A stretch of DNA of 64,000 nucleotides from the NCBI RefSeq assembly GCF_024521635.1, contig NW_026250423.1, forward strand, positions 496,001-560,000, in the 5' to 3' direction. How positions within the stretch are numbered: position 1 is the stretch's first letter; each line of letters opens with the position of its first letter. This stretch comes from Tricharina praecox. Lineage: Eukaryota. The notes beneath the pieces are model-generated. The model was not told the DNA's origin. It worked only from the letters and a program-made list of their open reading frames with translations, and did not search any database. Shown piece after piece: positions 13,346-26,398 of the stretch. Position numbers and translations under genes: made by a program.

Positions 13346-14697
13346 CTACAATACGGTAACTTCTCTATCAGAGGCTCTTCACCATTTACCAACGAGGCAG
13401 AAGGCGACTGCTGATACCTATCTATACATACTCTGATATATACCTGTGTACATACGAACAACCGGACAGCCACACAGCCCAAGCTGCTGCTCCGGTCCGA
13501 GGCGGGCTTTAGAGTCGGGGCCGCAGTCTTCATCCCCTTGCGCGGCCGCCCCGTGCGCCGACCCCGCCCCCCTCCTAACCCCCGTTCGCCCGCGGACCCG
13601 AGTGACATCTCCGCACCGTTCCGTCCATCTCGTCGAGTTACCTGGTGCCCAGGGGGAGATCTCCGCGTTGGGAATCCACGCTACAGTACCCCACATCACA
13701 CCCCCCTCCCAACTTCCAAGAACGACCCACCAAACCATACACACATACCATACATAGCCCATCCGATGATCCGATGATCCGCGAAGTCCGCCAGTTCCCG
13801 CGGATGCGGGAAGGGCGAGGGTGGTGGAAACCCGGCCTGAACGGTGAGTACACTACCCACAGACTGCTACCTACCTTCCTACTAGCAGTGGCGAGCAGAG
13901 CAATTAAAAAAGCAACCGACTGCTGCTTTCAGATGCACCCACAGAAGCTCCGATACGCCTTGCCCGCCACTCTCCGGGTGTCCCCAGACTCCCAGAGAAA
14001 GAAGGAAAAGAAAATGAAACAGCCCTTGCCTTCCCTGACTTTCTTTTGCGCCTCCACGAACGAAAACAACACCTGTCCTCACTCTCCCCCCACTTCCCAT
14101 ATCTCGCCGGCCCCGGCCCGGCACCGCGCCAAGCCCCGCATTGCCGGGGAACGCGATCCTAGCCCCCCCCTCCCTCCTACATAAAAGAGCGGGGCGGGGT
14201 GCAAGAGCCGAATCGAGGCCGGTGGCCGAGGCTGTGGCGCAATTGGCATTTGACAGAGCTCGAGCGGGAAATGGATATGGGCGCCTGCGATCGGAAGGGA
14301 GTGAGGGAGCTGAGGGAGCTGAGGGAAGGGAAGGGAAGGGAAAAAAGTACCCAGTACGTTGGCTGCTGCTGCTGCCGTTGCCGCTGCTGTTCCTGCCGTT
14401 GCTGCTGCCGCCGCCCGTGCCAAGTATCAAGATTGATAGGTATTATTCAAACATCAAAGGCCGGAGCGGCAGCGGCAGCGTGCAGTGCAGTTCCAACAAC
14501 ATCGCAGAGCAGAGCAAAACGGAACGCATTCCTTCGTTCTGCGGGAAGGAAAGGGAGAAGAACCCGTCGTAACGCTGCAAAGGGAACAGAACAGAACATA
14601 ACGCTCCCGGACCGCCGCCGGCCAATGAAATAATATTTTTTTCCCTCTCTCTTCGATAATCTTTTTGGAAAAAACAAAAACAAAAAGTCTCGGTTCT

Positions 14698-14749
14698 CCG
14701 TGCGCCTTCCCCGTGCGCCTTCCCCGTGCGCCTTCCCCGTGCGCCTTCC
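14698..14749. repeat. 13-bp minisatellite CCGTGCGCCTTCC x4
   Basis: Four perfect tandem copies read directly. Confidence 0.9.
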
Positions 14750-17700
14750 CTCCCGCCGTTCAGCTTCTACCCTCCAGCCCTCCCTTCCCGTGAGTGAGAG
14801 AAGTTATGCTCCGTCCGTCCCCCCCTGTGCACTCCTCGTCGCCGGAGGAGTGTGGGCTGAGGGCAGTTGGAGTTGGAGTGGGTAGGTACTTGCGCGTGGC
14901 AAACCCACCTTTCCCACCCACCTTCCCTCCATCCTCCTCCCCCCTACATAGCAATCCCAACCCCATGCTCCGATGGCGATGGCAATGCGGATGCGGATGC
15001 AGGTGGTGCGGTGCTGTGGGAGAGGTGGTTGCAGTTGCATCACATTTCGTACATACTCCATGCGAACGCGATAACGATGCCGGCCACTTCCCGACTTTGC
15101 CTTTGCCTTTCCCGGTGCGTGCGGTCGTGTGTGCGTGCGGGCGTGCGGGCGGGCGTGCGGGCGCGGATGTTGGTCAGTTAGTCAGTTAGACTTGATGATT
15201 ACGAACGAGCGAACGAACGCGACTGCCGCTTCCGGCTCCGGCAGATCTGTCCTGTCCAGCGTCCTGTCCTGTCCTTTCCGTAGCGACGAGGAGGAGGTTC
15301 TCAGAGGAGGAGGCTCTCAGAGGAGCCGGCACATCTTCTCGGAACTGAACCTTTTTCTTTCGCCATTGGGGGGGTTGGGTTCCTCGGCGCCATCTGTGCG
15401 CGCGCAGTCAAAGACGGCGGCGGCGCAAGCATGGAAGGCATCTCCCATGGCCCCGAACCTGTAGCCCGTGGATTCGCATCGCACCATCTCTGCCGCCTTG
15501 CCTTGCCTCTGCTCCTGCGCGCATCGCCATCAGCATCAGCTGGCAGCGGCTGAAACCCGCGATCCGTCCCCGTCCCCGTCGGGGTCGGGTCACACTTGAC
15601 CGCGCTCGCGCGCTCACAGGACGAGACGCTAGGCATGTAGAGTAGGCTGTCGGAGACACGAGTGGGAACTGTGCCGATGTTCGTTCCCGATGGGGCGGCG
15701 GGGGGCCAACAGGAAAGCTGGAGGAAGTGCAAGTATCATATCATCTGTCTGGACGCAAGGTATGGATACGGTGCGGCCAGAGGCACAGCCTACGGGCCAC
15801 GGGGCCACGGGCACAAGACCAAGGTCTGCGGGCCAGCCGGTCCTTAGTAGCCACGGTAGAGTCGTAGCCCTTTTCCTATCGAGGAGGAGGCGGAGGAGGA
15901 GGGGGCACCGGTGCAGTTTTTCTGTCTGTCTGTCCCCGACTCCCCGCCGCCAGTGCCAGTCCAGTCGAAAACCCCCCAAAAACAAAACAAACCCGAAAAA
16001 CAAAACAAACTCGAAAAACAAAAAATAGAACCCGAATGAGAAGGCCCCCTCCCGGAGTAGCGGCTAAAGATTTACTCGATTGCGTAACTCTCTTAACTCT
16101 CGCGAGTGGGCTCTGATGCCGACATGCATCTCCCACCCAGCACGCACGGAAGCTCGCCCGTTGCTCGAAGTGCTCTTGTACCACGTCAACTACCTAACTA
16201 CCTAACTACCGCCGAAGTCGGAAGGCAAGCAGGCCAGACAGGGCCAGGCAGGTTCGTCGGGAAAGAAGGGATTCCCCGAGAGGGCCAGCTGCTTGCTTGC
16301 TCCACCGCACCGGCACGAGTACCGCTGCTACGATACTCCACACGCAACTCACGCACGCACGATAAGGGAGAATGAAAGAGGCGACGACCCGACTCGAATT
16401 GGCCCGACTCGACTCGGCGCTACGCTAGCTAGCGACGACCACCACCACCATCCGGTGCAAACGAGAGACGGGAGCGCAGAGACAGAGAGACGGACAGATA
16501 GACGGAGAGACGGGCAGGCGAACAGGCGGGCGGCGGGCAGATCGGGGGGATCGGGGACTTTTCTGCTGTATGTATGGCTGATACGATGATACGATGCAAC
16601 TTGCAAGCGAGGCGGTGGCAGTGGGCAGGATGACGACGATGCAAGCAAGGGAGGGAGGATGGAGGATGGAGGAGGAGCAGAGGAAAGAGGCGGCCGGCGA
16701 GTCATGTCGCACATGTTCACCTGGTAGGTACGGTAGAGTACTTGTGTATGTAGCAAATATGCACGTATGGATGTATGTAGAGTATGTAGAGTATGTATTC
16801 ATGTATGTGGAGGGCCGAGTCTCGCTGATTGCAGCAACGCGAGTCGCCGAACCGGCTCCCTGAAGGTGTCGAGTTCCGGGTGGGCTGCACGCTTGCCTGC
16901 CTGCCTGCCTTGTCCGAGGCCACAGCCAAGACCCAGCGCGGGCCACAGAGGGGAAACGATGGGAGGAAGGGGGGAAGGGAATGGCTGACGGCGCAGATGC
17001 ACTGATGCAGACGCAGATGTCGACAACGTGATGTGTCATCGGCCCGGGCAGAATCAATATATAGATCTAGAGCGTTGCTGCTCGAGATCGGGGGGATGGG
17101 GATGGGGAAACACACACACACACACACCAGGTTGCTGTGGAGCAGTGTTGTGCTCTAGATACTCTACTCTAGATAGTGTTGCAGTGTTGCAGCAGCACAT
17201 TTTCCCTTCGATCTATTCACGGAACATGTCAGCACCAAGTCGGCGGGATGGTCTTAACCCCCTTCAAAGATCAAACCGCGCTTTCTCTCCGGTTTCGGTT
17301 TGATGGGGTTGGGGGATGATGGGTGTGGGAGGGGGGCGGGGGGGTTGGTAGTTGGTAGTGGCAGGCGATGGGAGGGGGTGCACATACCGACGGAAACGAG
17401 AAGGAGAGAGGCATGGGGGGAGGTGGGTGGGAGGGGGGGTAGCATCCCGTCTCCTCACATATCGGCCGTTGTTGCCGCCGATGCCTGGACGCTCGCAGCC
17501 GAGGAGAGTGTCCTGCACGGCAGCAGCAGCCAGCACGGGAGAAGGTTTCCGTTTTCATTTGCTCGTCCCCTAGAGTAACTACATCCTCTAGCCGCCCCAC
17601 AGTCCGAGGCTTTCGCTGGGCAGCCACCGGATGACGAGCAGGATACGGTCGAGGGCGAGGACGAGGACGAGGACGAGGTGAGGTCGAGGTCGAGCACCCT

Positions 17701-19682
17701 GAAGTCTTGTCATACCTGAGTATGTCATGTATACGGATAGGTGAAGGAGAACAGAACAGAACAGAGCAGAGTACCTATCGGAGTAGAGCAGATGACGCAG
17801 AGCAGAGTACCCAGAGTGTGTACTAGCGGACAGAGCAGAGCAGAGTGGAGCGTGGAGTGCGAACCGAGACCAGAATAGGCAGAATGTCGATTCCGCCATG
17901 TACACGGAATGGACGAGGGCCGATCGGAGGCGGGGGATTGCGATGGGTGACCTGATTGACACTGGATAGTCTTTCGACACGGAGGGCTCGGAAGCATAAC
18001 GGCGGAGTCAGAGTCAGTCAGCCGCGAGAGATTGCGACGACGAGTACGACGACGGTTAGCACCCGGCAACGACGACGGCGACGACGACCACCATCACGAC
18101 CACGACCAAGGCCACGACCACCACCACAGACGACTCTGGGCTGCCTATAGCACATACCGGAAGAATCCGACCGACCGGATTTGGTCGGCAAGTCTGGCCC
18201 CCGAGAAAGGCAAAGGGAAGCACAGTGCAGCAGAGCGAAAACACCCCTCCCCTCCTTCCTTGAAGTTCCTCCCCCCCCCCAGCTCAGTCCGGCCGGCCGC
18301 CGCCTGACAGGACCCCCCGTCGATAATCGATAATCGATTCGATTGAACTGGCTGAGGCATCGTATCCGTCGCCCGGCCTCCCTCTCTCTCCCACTCACGG
18401 CTACAGATTCCCCGTTCTTTTATTGCTACCCTATCCCACCCCACCCCAGCTGCCGCCGCCGCTGTCTGCGCTCGACTTCTGCTCCGCTCTGATTTGTTTG
18501 CCTATCCTGTTTGCCTGTTCGGATCACAGCTCGGATCTGCCCTACTTACCTGCTAGGTAGGAGCTTTCGTTGCTCTGGGCTTGCGTGGGTGTGGGTGGTG
18601 CAGTCTCGGTGAACCCGTTGCCGAGGAGTTACTTGCCCTCTGGGAGGCGGACCCGCAAAGTCACTTGTGGACGGAGGGAGGCGGCCCTCTTGCCTTTTTG
18701 TCCTTCGCCATCGTTGTCTGCTCGCTCTCCTTGGTTCGAGCCTAGAGCAAAAAGTCCCCCTTCGCGTGCACCACCAAAAACTCGGCAAACACCGAGCCGG
18801 AATCAGACCGGAATCCACGGTCCACCCTTCCCTTCTCCTCCTCCTCCCCCATCTTCCTTTTCCTCTTCCTCCTCTTCCTCTTCCTCTTCTCTATCCTTCC
18901 CTCCCCATTCTCCCTTCCCTTCCTCTCCATCAACACCCCCCGACTCTCCTCCCCCCCAATTCCACTTCCCTCTCGGCTTCTCTCTCTTCTCCCTGCCTCT
19001 CACTTGGCCCATTCTCCTCCATCACGCCCACCCACCCCCGCCCCCCCGATCCCGCCCCTCTCGCTCTTGTCTCGTAGATAGCAACAACTCCGCGCCGTTC
19101 TCTACCCGGCTATCTCCCGCCCTCCACCACCACCACCACCACCACCACCTTGTCCGCTGCCTGCTGTTCCGTCATAACCCTCCCACCCACCACTGTTTGA
19201 ACTCCCCGCGGCCCGACGAAACATTGGCAACTCGCAACCACAAATTCACTCCAACCAAAAAATCCTCTGCGCCCCGCCCCCAACCCGCTCGGTCAAAGCC
19301 GTCCGCCGAAAAAAGAGAACTCGATTGCGCAAAACTAAATACTCCTACCAGTCCGAAAAACCTCCCCACCCCCCGTCTTGCCTCCCAACTCCGTGACGCT
19401 ACTGGTCGCCCCCCCGGCTGTCCTTGTCGTCTGCCCTCCCGCCCCCCCTCCAAACAACAACCTCCCCTCCATTGCTCTTCCACCTTTTTGCCAGTGTAGC
19501 CTCATTCCCCCCTAACAACCTCCACCACGTCGGCGTCAACTTTTTCGGGATCGCATTCCGGCGGTCATAGTCGCTCCCAGAGCACTGTAAGTTCTTCGCC
19601 CCCGAGATTCAGCACCGAGGAAGGAGGGGAAACGTTCCGTCCGGTTATCGGGTTGAAGTCTAACCGGCCGAATCCTACCCAT

Positions 19683-22417
19683 ATGCAGAACATCAATCCG
19701 ATCCCCAACGCGAACGGACCCGGGCCAAGCCCAGGTCACAAGAAAGCAACCGCAACCATAGATTCACCGGCGAAAAACATGCGGTCCTCGATTGCCTGCG
19801 TTCGATGCAGGAGATCGAAAGTCAAATGCGTTAATACTGGCCCAAATACAACCTGTCGCGCGTGCGAGGCCAGCAACAGAGAATGCACCTATCCACAGCC
19901 TGTGGCCTCGGGCGCTCCTCGCGCGTCGGGGGGAAGTGGTGGTGCCACCATGTCCATCGGTTCGGTGGCCGGCGCCGGGTCGGGCGGATTGGGTGGCGCG
20001 GGTGGTGCAGAGCGAGTTGAGGTTAGGGTTGCACTGCATGTCTCTGGCGATGAGGCTGTGTAGCCAGGATGCTGACCGGAATCCAGGCACCGAAGAAGGC
20101 GAAGCCGAAGAAGCCCACCTCAAGCGCCAATGCAGCGGCTACAGCTGCTAGCATGAACACGCCGTCGTCCTGGAAAGAGTGCTTGGGTGCGCCGGTGCTG
20201 ACGCAGGCCGTGTGGCAGCTGATTGTAAGCAACCAGCCGCAACTTCCTCTTTGGTTCCCTTCTTCCTGGTCATGGGGAAGGCGGGGAGAAGGAGGAGTCA
20301 CGTCCGGAGCACGGTAGCTAATGTGCTCGCAGTTCGATGCATTCCAATTGCACCACTCTCCGGTTCTTCCGTTCCTTCATCCACCCACCTTCCTGAACAG
20401 GTTGCGAGCATCGACCGCGAACCCCGGATCGTCATCCGGCAACTCTCCGCCACCGGAGAAGCCGCACTCGCCGTTGCTGTTGCTTGGCATGCTCACGTTG
20501 ACTGGCCGCCACATCGCGCCACTCGTGTCCCACCATGCCCCTGCCCTTGCGACTCCGACCGCAGTTTCCGAGTTCTACGCCTCGGCGCTCAAGTACCGGC
20601 TGAAGAACGAGGACGACGACAGCCTGCTGGTTCCGTCCCTGGACAAGGTACAGGCGCTCGTGATGCTGAGCATCCACGAATGGGGCCAGACGAGAAAGTC
20701 TGAGGCCTACATGTGGCTGGGACTCGCCATCCGGATGACCGGTGCGCTGGGTCTGTCGTGGGTTGATGCCGACGACGCCCCCGCCACGGCTCCGTACTCG
20801 CCGCAGCCCGAGAGCGACGACCCACTTCCGTTCAAGAGGCGGAAGCTCGACAACGGCACATCAGCGTCCGCGAAGGCGGCTACTGCCTACACCGTCGAGA
20901 AGGAGATCCGGCGGAGAACCTTCTGGGCTGTCTTTGTGTTGGATAGATCTCTTTCGTCCGGCCGATACTTTCCCAGTGGAATTCCGTCCGCCGACGCCGA
21001 CAGGGTCCAGCTGCCTTCCGACGAGCGGGGATTCATGTTTGGTGCAGACACCAAGACTGGTTTCTTGAACTCCGACAGTCTTCTCCACCCTGGAAGGAGC
21101 GATGAATCACACGAAATTGGTGCGGGTGAAAGGATACTAGCCCATGTTGTCAAAGCCATGGAGTTGTGGGGACACATTCAATCGTGGACAGAAACGTAAG
21201 TACACGCAAATAAATAATCAAAAATAAACAATCGTACTGACTTTTCCCCCATCAGTGTTGACAGCGCACCTCCGTCATCTCGGAACTCTGAGTATGCCAG
21301 GCTTTCGGCAGCACTCGACGCTTTCGTGGAATCGCTTCCCCATCAGCTTGAGTATTCGGAGAATACCCTGCAGGTGCATTTTTCTACCCGTAGTTCTTCT
21401 TCGTACGCTGTGCTGCACATTGCGCTTTTCCTGTGTCGCATCACTTTGGAGCGCAAGTGCCTCCCGAACATTCCATTCCACTCGCCGCACCCTCTTGGCC
21501 CCGTGGAGCCCACCAAACCGATTTCCTCGGAAGAGGAGCGCTTCTACTCGGACTCGGCCGAACGGTACCTCGCTTCAGCACGTGATCTCGTCACTTTGGT
21601 CTCGTCTCTGCAGGAGTGGAATTCTAGGATCGAGTCACCTTTCATCATCCTCGCACTAGAGCGTGCTGCCCGTTCGGGATTGTACGTGTACAACTTCCCG
21701 TGGATGGATATCCGTGGCTACATGACTGGTGTGTCGAGGATACACGGCGCTGAGCCGATGGGAAGCGGAGAGGAGACCCGCAAGGCGGTTGAATTCATCC
21801 AGTCCCTCAAACCTCGATGGGCTGTGGCGGGCGAGAGCTTTGCCGGGCTCGTGAACATGCAGACGTGCGTCGCCGAGCAATTGGGAGAATTTATCCGGAA
21901 CGATGACAATGGAAGTGCTCTCGAGGAAAGGACTCGGTTGGTCAAGCCGAATCAGGATGAACGTACCCGGTTATTCTCCCTCCTCGCGCCGCCCACTCCC
22001 AAGGCCGGGCCAATTCCTGTTCCCTCGTCCTCTCAGGGCCGTGGCCCGAGTTCCGAGGTGGACACTCTGCTCTTGGCTGCCAACCAGGAGCCAGTCGTCG
22101 CTAGCGGATCCGAGAGGTGGATGGCGGTTAATACGCCTATCCCCGCCGCAGTGGTACAACCACAGGCGCCGCCGCCGACCGTCGTTCTAAAGACGGAGGA
22201 GGGCGGGTCTTTGGATGCGCTGGCCGGCTTTGCGGCACAGCAGGGAAAGATTGGAAACGGCCAGGAGTACAACTCACGGGATCGGGACGTCGAGATGGGA
22301 GAGGCCGGGATCAAGAAGGAGGAATCGTCGACAAAGTCCGGTGAGGAGAGACGATGGATTGACAACGGTGTTAAGCCTAGTGGGAATTGGGGAGCCGTTA
22401 GCGCCTTGGAGAGCTAA
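19683..22417 (+). CDS. Zn(II)2Cys6 transcription factor with fungal-specific TF middle domain, ~833 aa (start codon uncertain: 19683 or 19779)
   Basis: Binuclear cluster ACVRCRRSKVKCVNTGPNTTCRACEASNRECTYP; PFLHPPTF, VQALVMLS, AYMWLGLAIRM, EKEIRRRTFWAVFVLDR. Exons 19683-20021, 20087-20224, 20333-21195, 21256-22417 join in frame (2502 nt). Confidence 0.93.
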
Positions 22418-23024
22418 GGGGGGTTGTGTTTGTCATTTCTAGGTTTTACTGTGGGTTCTGGTGCGTTTACGAGATTACTGGAGGGGATCCATTGGGCTAC
22501 AATTTTCCAAGGAGTCGGACTTTATATAGTTTTTTCCTCTTTGCATCTCTTTTTTTTTCTTTCTTTCTCCGTACTGGTTTTTTTTTCCTTTTCTTTTCTC
22601 ATTTTGTTTCAGTTACGGGGTGGGGTGGGGTGAATGAGGGATCTGCTTTTGCTATCAGGTTTCGGTTGGGGAGATGGTTTGGTCGTGATGAGTGTATCTA
22701 TATTCATGCTTCTCTCTTGCGTGTATCTGTGGTTCTGTGTATTCCAATTTAGGTGAATACATTCCGATCACTCGGGCCGAAAAGGACACGTCTACGGTTC
22801 GGTTAGCTGCTCTCTCGTGCACCAAGCGAGGCCAGCTCGGACTCTGTGATCACTGGGCCTCTGCCGGCCCAACCACAAGAATACGACGAGACCGTGCGAC
22901 CAGCTACAGACATGGATAAATACGTCATCCCTCCAGTCCCACATACCTTCCCATCCCTCGCTCGCTTGCAGAGCACAGCAACCCCAACCCCCATCCACCC
23001 ACCACGATCCATCACCGCTCCACG

Positions 23025-24184
23025 ATGAATCCATACATCTTCGTCTTCGCTCTATCCTTCCTGATCTACCGGGCGTACACCCGTCGGTCGCTAACGCCGC
23101 CCGCGATCCTGGCCGCCGTGCTCACCGCCTGCATCCACGGAACGCACGCCTACAACCTCCCGTTCGTGCTGCTGATAACCTTCTATGCGCTCGGCACGGC
23201 CGCGACAAAGGTCAAACACGACGTCAAGGCGACGCTCACCGTCAGCGCCACGGGCGCCGGCGGCGCCGGCGGCGACGGCGCCCGCGGCGCTACCCAGGTC
23301 TTTGCTAACTCGGTCGTTGCGAGTGCGCTCACTGCGCTCAGCGCGTGGAATGCCACGGCTGGCGGAGATGGCGGGGAGTGCTTTGCTGACCAGCTGCTCA
23401 TGGTAGGAGTTATCGTGTATGTTCCCCATGTGTGTTTGCTTGGAGACGCGGGATGCTGACGGGGAAAAGGAACTACGCCGCTGTCACGGCAGACACGCTC
23501 TCCAGCGAGCTGGGCATCCTCTCGCGCAGCGGACCGCGGCTAATCACCACTTCGCGGCGGTGTGCGCCCGGCACGAACGGAGGTGTGTCCATGACGGGGC
23601 TGATCGCGGGTGCCTGCGGCGCGGGCGTCATCGCGGTCGTATCCGTCGCGCTGCTGCCGTGGTGTGCCTCCTGGTCGCTAGCAGAGAAGGCGCGCTTCGC
23701 AGCGTTCATTACGGGCATGGGCACGGCGGGGAGTCTTCTCGACTCCCTCCTCGGCGCGCTGCTGCAGGCGAGCGTGGTCGACACGCGCACGGGCAAGGTC
23801 GTGGAGGCACCGGGGGGCGGGAAGGTGCTTGTCCTGCCGAGTCAGAAGCGGCTTACCGTGGCGGGGGAGCTACGCAGTCGCTTCGGGAAGGCGCCGGAGA
23901 CGGCGGGCGCGGCGGTGGGCGACGTCGGCGCGGAGAGCGTCCAGGGACAGTGGAAGGAGCAGAGGGCAGCAAATAAGACGGGGAAACAGCTGGAGGTGGA
24001 GGTGGGTAAGGAACATGCACACGATGCGCCGAGTCGTAGGATCGAAACCGGGTGGAACATCCTCAGTAACAATGGTGTGAACTTTGCCATGGCCGCCCTG
24101 ACGAGTGTCGGAGGCATGATGCTTGCCGGGTGGGCGTGGTATGGGCAGCCGCTGGCCGTGGTCAAGGAAGTGATGGGCGTGTAG
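23025..24184 (+). CDS. DUF92 / TMEM19-family integral membrane protein, ~368 aa
   Basis: Motifs RAYTRRSLT, ATKVKHDVK, GARGATQVFANS, YAAVTADTLSSELGILS, PRLITT...PGTNGGVS, GSLLDSLLGALLQAS, ILSNNGVNF. One intron 23417-23469 joins in frame. Confidence 0.92.
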
Positions 24185-25956
24185 TGGTGAGGAGGAATGG
24201 GATAGATGATACCATGGTTGCATGATTGCATAGGGAGGGGTAATGGTGTGCGGCATTGGGATTGGGATTGGCTACGATGTGGATTTACAATGGATCATGG
24301 AAGATGGTTAATGATGTGCTGCATTAGGATGGTCAACGATGTGGATTTACAATGGAACATGACGATTGAGGTGTCGTTGCTGTGCTTGATGGATCATAAG
24401 TTTGGTATCACTGTAATTGCATCCACAATATGTGTTTTTTGGTTTCTTCATACGTCGTTGGAGGGGCGCGGAGGCAGACGCGGTTTTAACTTTGGAGTCA
24501 TCGGTGAGTGCCATAGATCCGGAGAGAGAAGACCTTGCGGGGACCTGGTGGGACTTACTTACATCCTATGTGTTATGGAGGCGGGACCCGATGACATATG
24601 CAGACCCGTTGCGGTCGTTCGACGTTGAATTGTTTCTGTTGTCGCTATTTCTGTTCTTCCTGTCTTCGGTCCCGAGTTGGTCTCTCGTCAGATCATCACC
24701 TTGTACCAGATCATCATCACCATCATCGACCGAGCATTCTAGTCCAATTGATCAAATTTTTGTCACTCGCCCATTCTTTGGTCTCTCAGCATCAGGCCTA
24801 TGTAGACTACATATGGCAATATCCACCTATACACACTCCGTCTCCACGCCACTGTCCAACCGGACTTTCATCGAGCAAACCGATGTGGCTTTCCCTGCCC
24901 TCCGCCCCAGCCTGTCCCATCGGTAGAAAAAGGGCGCACTAAAGAAATAACACTGGGAAAGACAAAGTTCGCTCCGTTGACTCGTCGGCTCTCTCGACTC
25001 GTCCGCTCTCTCGACTCGTCCCTACTCCGCCGCGAATCCCTAGTCCACTACGCCTCTTCGCTGCCTCATGCCTCTTCAGAAGAGGATGTGATGAAGGAAG
25101 GTGTGGGGAGAAACAGCGGGAGTGGCCCTGGCTCCTCAACTTCAGCACCCCCCACCTCCTCGAGTCGCCTCAGCTCCGTTCTCTCTTCCCGCTCCTCTCG
25201 CTCCCACCCGGACACCTCACCTGCCACATCTTCCTCATCGACCTCTGGGATCCGCCTACCCACCGCAGTGTAGAAAAGCTCGCCTAGGTTGTCCCGACTA
25301 CACCTCCCGTCTACAAAGCGGTCTCGGATTTTTCAGCGGTCTTTGCCCCTCCCTGTCTTCTTTCGGGCCTCTATGTACCTGCAGTGTCTTTTGCTGACTT
25401 TTCGATTCCCGACGGGACTTAAGTGTTAAAAAGGTGCTCCCGTAACTCACTTGGTTTGCCCATCACGTGGGGCGGGAATGGCTGGCAGCGGCACGTGGGT
25501 GCACGTGGGTGCACTGCGTGGGCCAGCTTCCAGCTTTCAGCTCTGCAAGCGTCGGAGCGTCGGAGCACCTATGGACACATGGACCGATGGACGGGAAGAA
25601 TTCAATTCAATTAAATTCAATGTTGTGAGCAGGTCACCGCGAGAGGAAGAGAAGCGGAAGGGAGGAAATACGAAAGATGTACATGCGAAGGAAATAAGTA
25701 AATAAGGAAATAATGAAATACATGGATTAGAAGGAAAGAAAAATGGGAAGGAAAAACAGAAACAGAAACTTCAAACCATCCGAAGAGCGGATCCGAGAAC
25801 CAGAACCCTTTCCAACAAAAACAAAAACCCAGAGCTCAAATGGTTACCAGTGCTGGATAGCACGAGCTCTCCCCTCCCCCGCCCGCCCGCCACGCGCCGA
25901 GCACTTGGAGGTGCCGAATTCGCTGCTCTCTCGCCCTACCCAGCGTCGATGCGATG

Positions 25957-26229
25957 TCACATACCAGGCTGTGTGAGATAAGCCGGGAACTGGGGATTTA
26001 CGCGGCCACACTTTGGCAGTCCCGCTCTCACTCTGCGTTGAATGGCCCTGCAGAGTATCTCGTGCTCTACATGGGTGATGAAGGGGGTAGCGTCAGGCCC
26101 CATTCCAAGAGCGCGGAAGATATTATGGCCGCTAGTCCGGCACAACAGCGGATGGTTGATGCGGTCGAGAAGCTCCTGGTAGGTGATCGTGCCGAGTGCG
26201 CCTTTACGTAAATCTGTGTGGTGCACCAT
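25957..26229 (-). CDS. Small 90-aa hypothetical protein, paralog A (MVHHTDLRKGALGTITYQELL...QPGM)
   Basis: Same start, length and stop as paralog B with no indels although flanks carry indels; good Kozak context (ACGATGG); upstream TATAAA. Confidence 0.62.
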   Translation of the reverse strand: MVHHTDLRKGALGTITYQELLDRINHPLLCRTSGHNIFRALGMGPDATPFITHVEHEILCRAIQRRVRAGLPKCGRVNPQFPAYLTQPGM

Positions 26230-26392
26230 CGTGTTTCGATGCCGGAGAAGACGTGATGTTGGAAGATGGGTGAGAAATCGTGTGTGGTAGTATGCGTGCA
26301 CTGGATTGTTGGTAGCTATGTACTGATGATGATGGTTTCAGATGCTGTTGTTTATCGTCTGGAACTAGTTATGGGGGACAGAGCGCAAAGGA

Positions 26393-26398
26393 TTTATA
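26393..26398 (-). promoter_or_regulatory. TATA box upstream of 90-aa ORF A (equivalent at 43374-43379 for ORF B)
   Basis: TATAAAT on the minus strand about 165 bp upstream of the ATG, inside the near-identical tract. Confidence 0.5.

Noticed and set aside
18725..18750. GGTTCGAGCC T-loop-like motif suggesting a tRNA
   Set aside because: No cloverleaf stems or A-box could be formed around it.
18570..19499. 309-aa ORF upstream of the transcription factor
   Set aside because: Non-ATG start and Pro/Ser/His low complexity produced by a pyrimidine-rich leader; best read as 5' UTR.
24400..25270. Minus-strand acidic/Arg-rich ORF fragments resembling a transposon relic
   Set aside because: Multiple stops, and no catalytic motif or terminal repeats identified.
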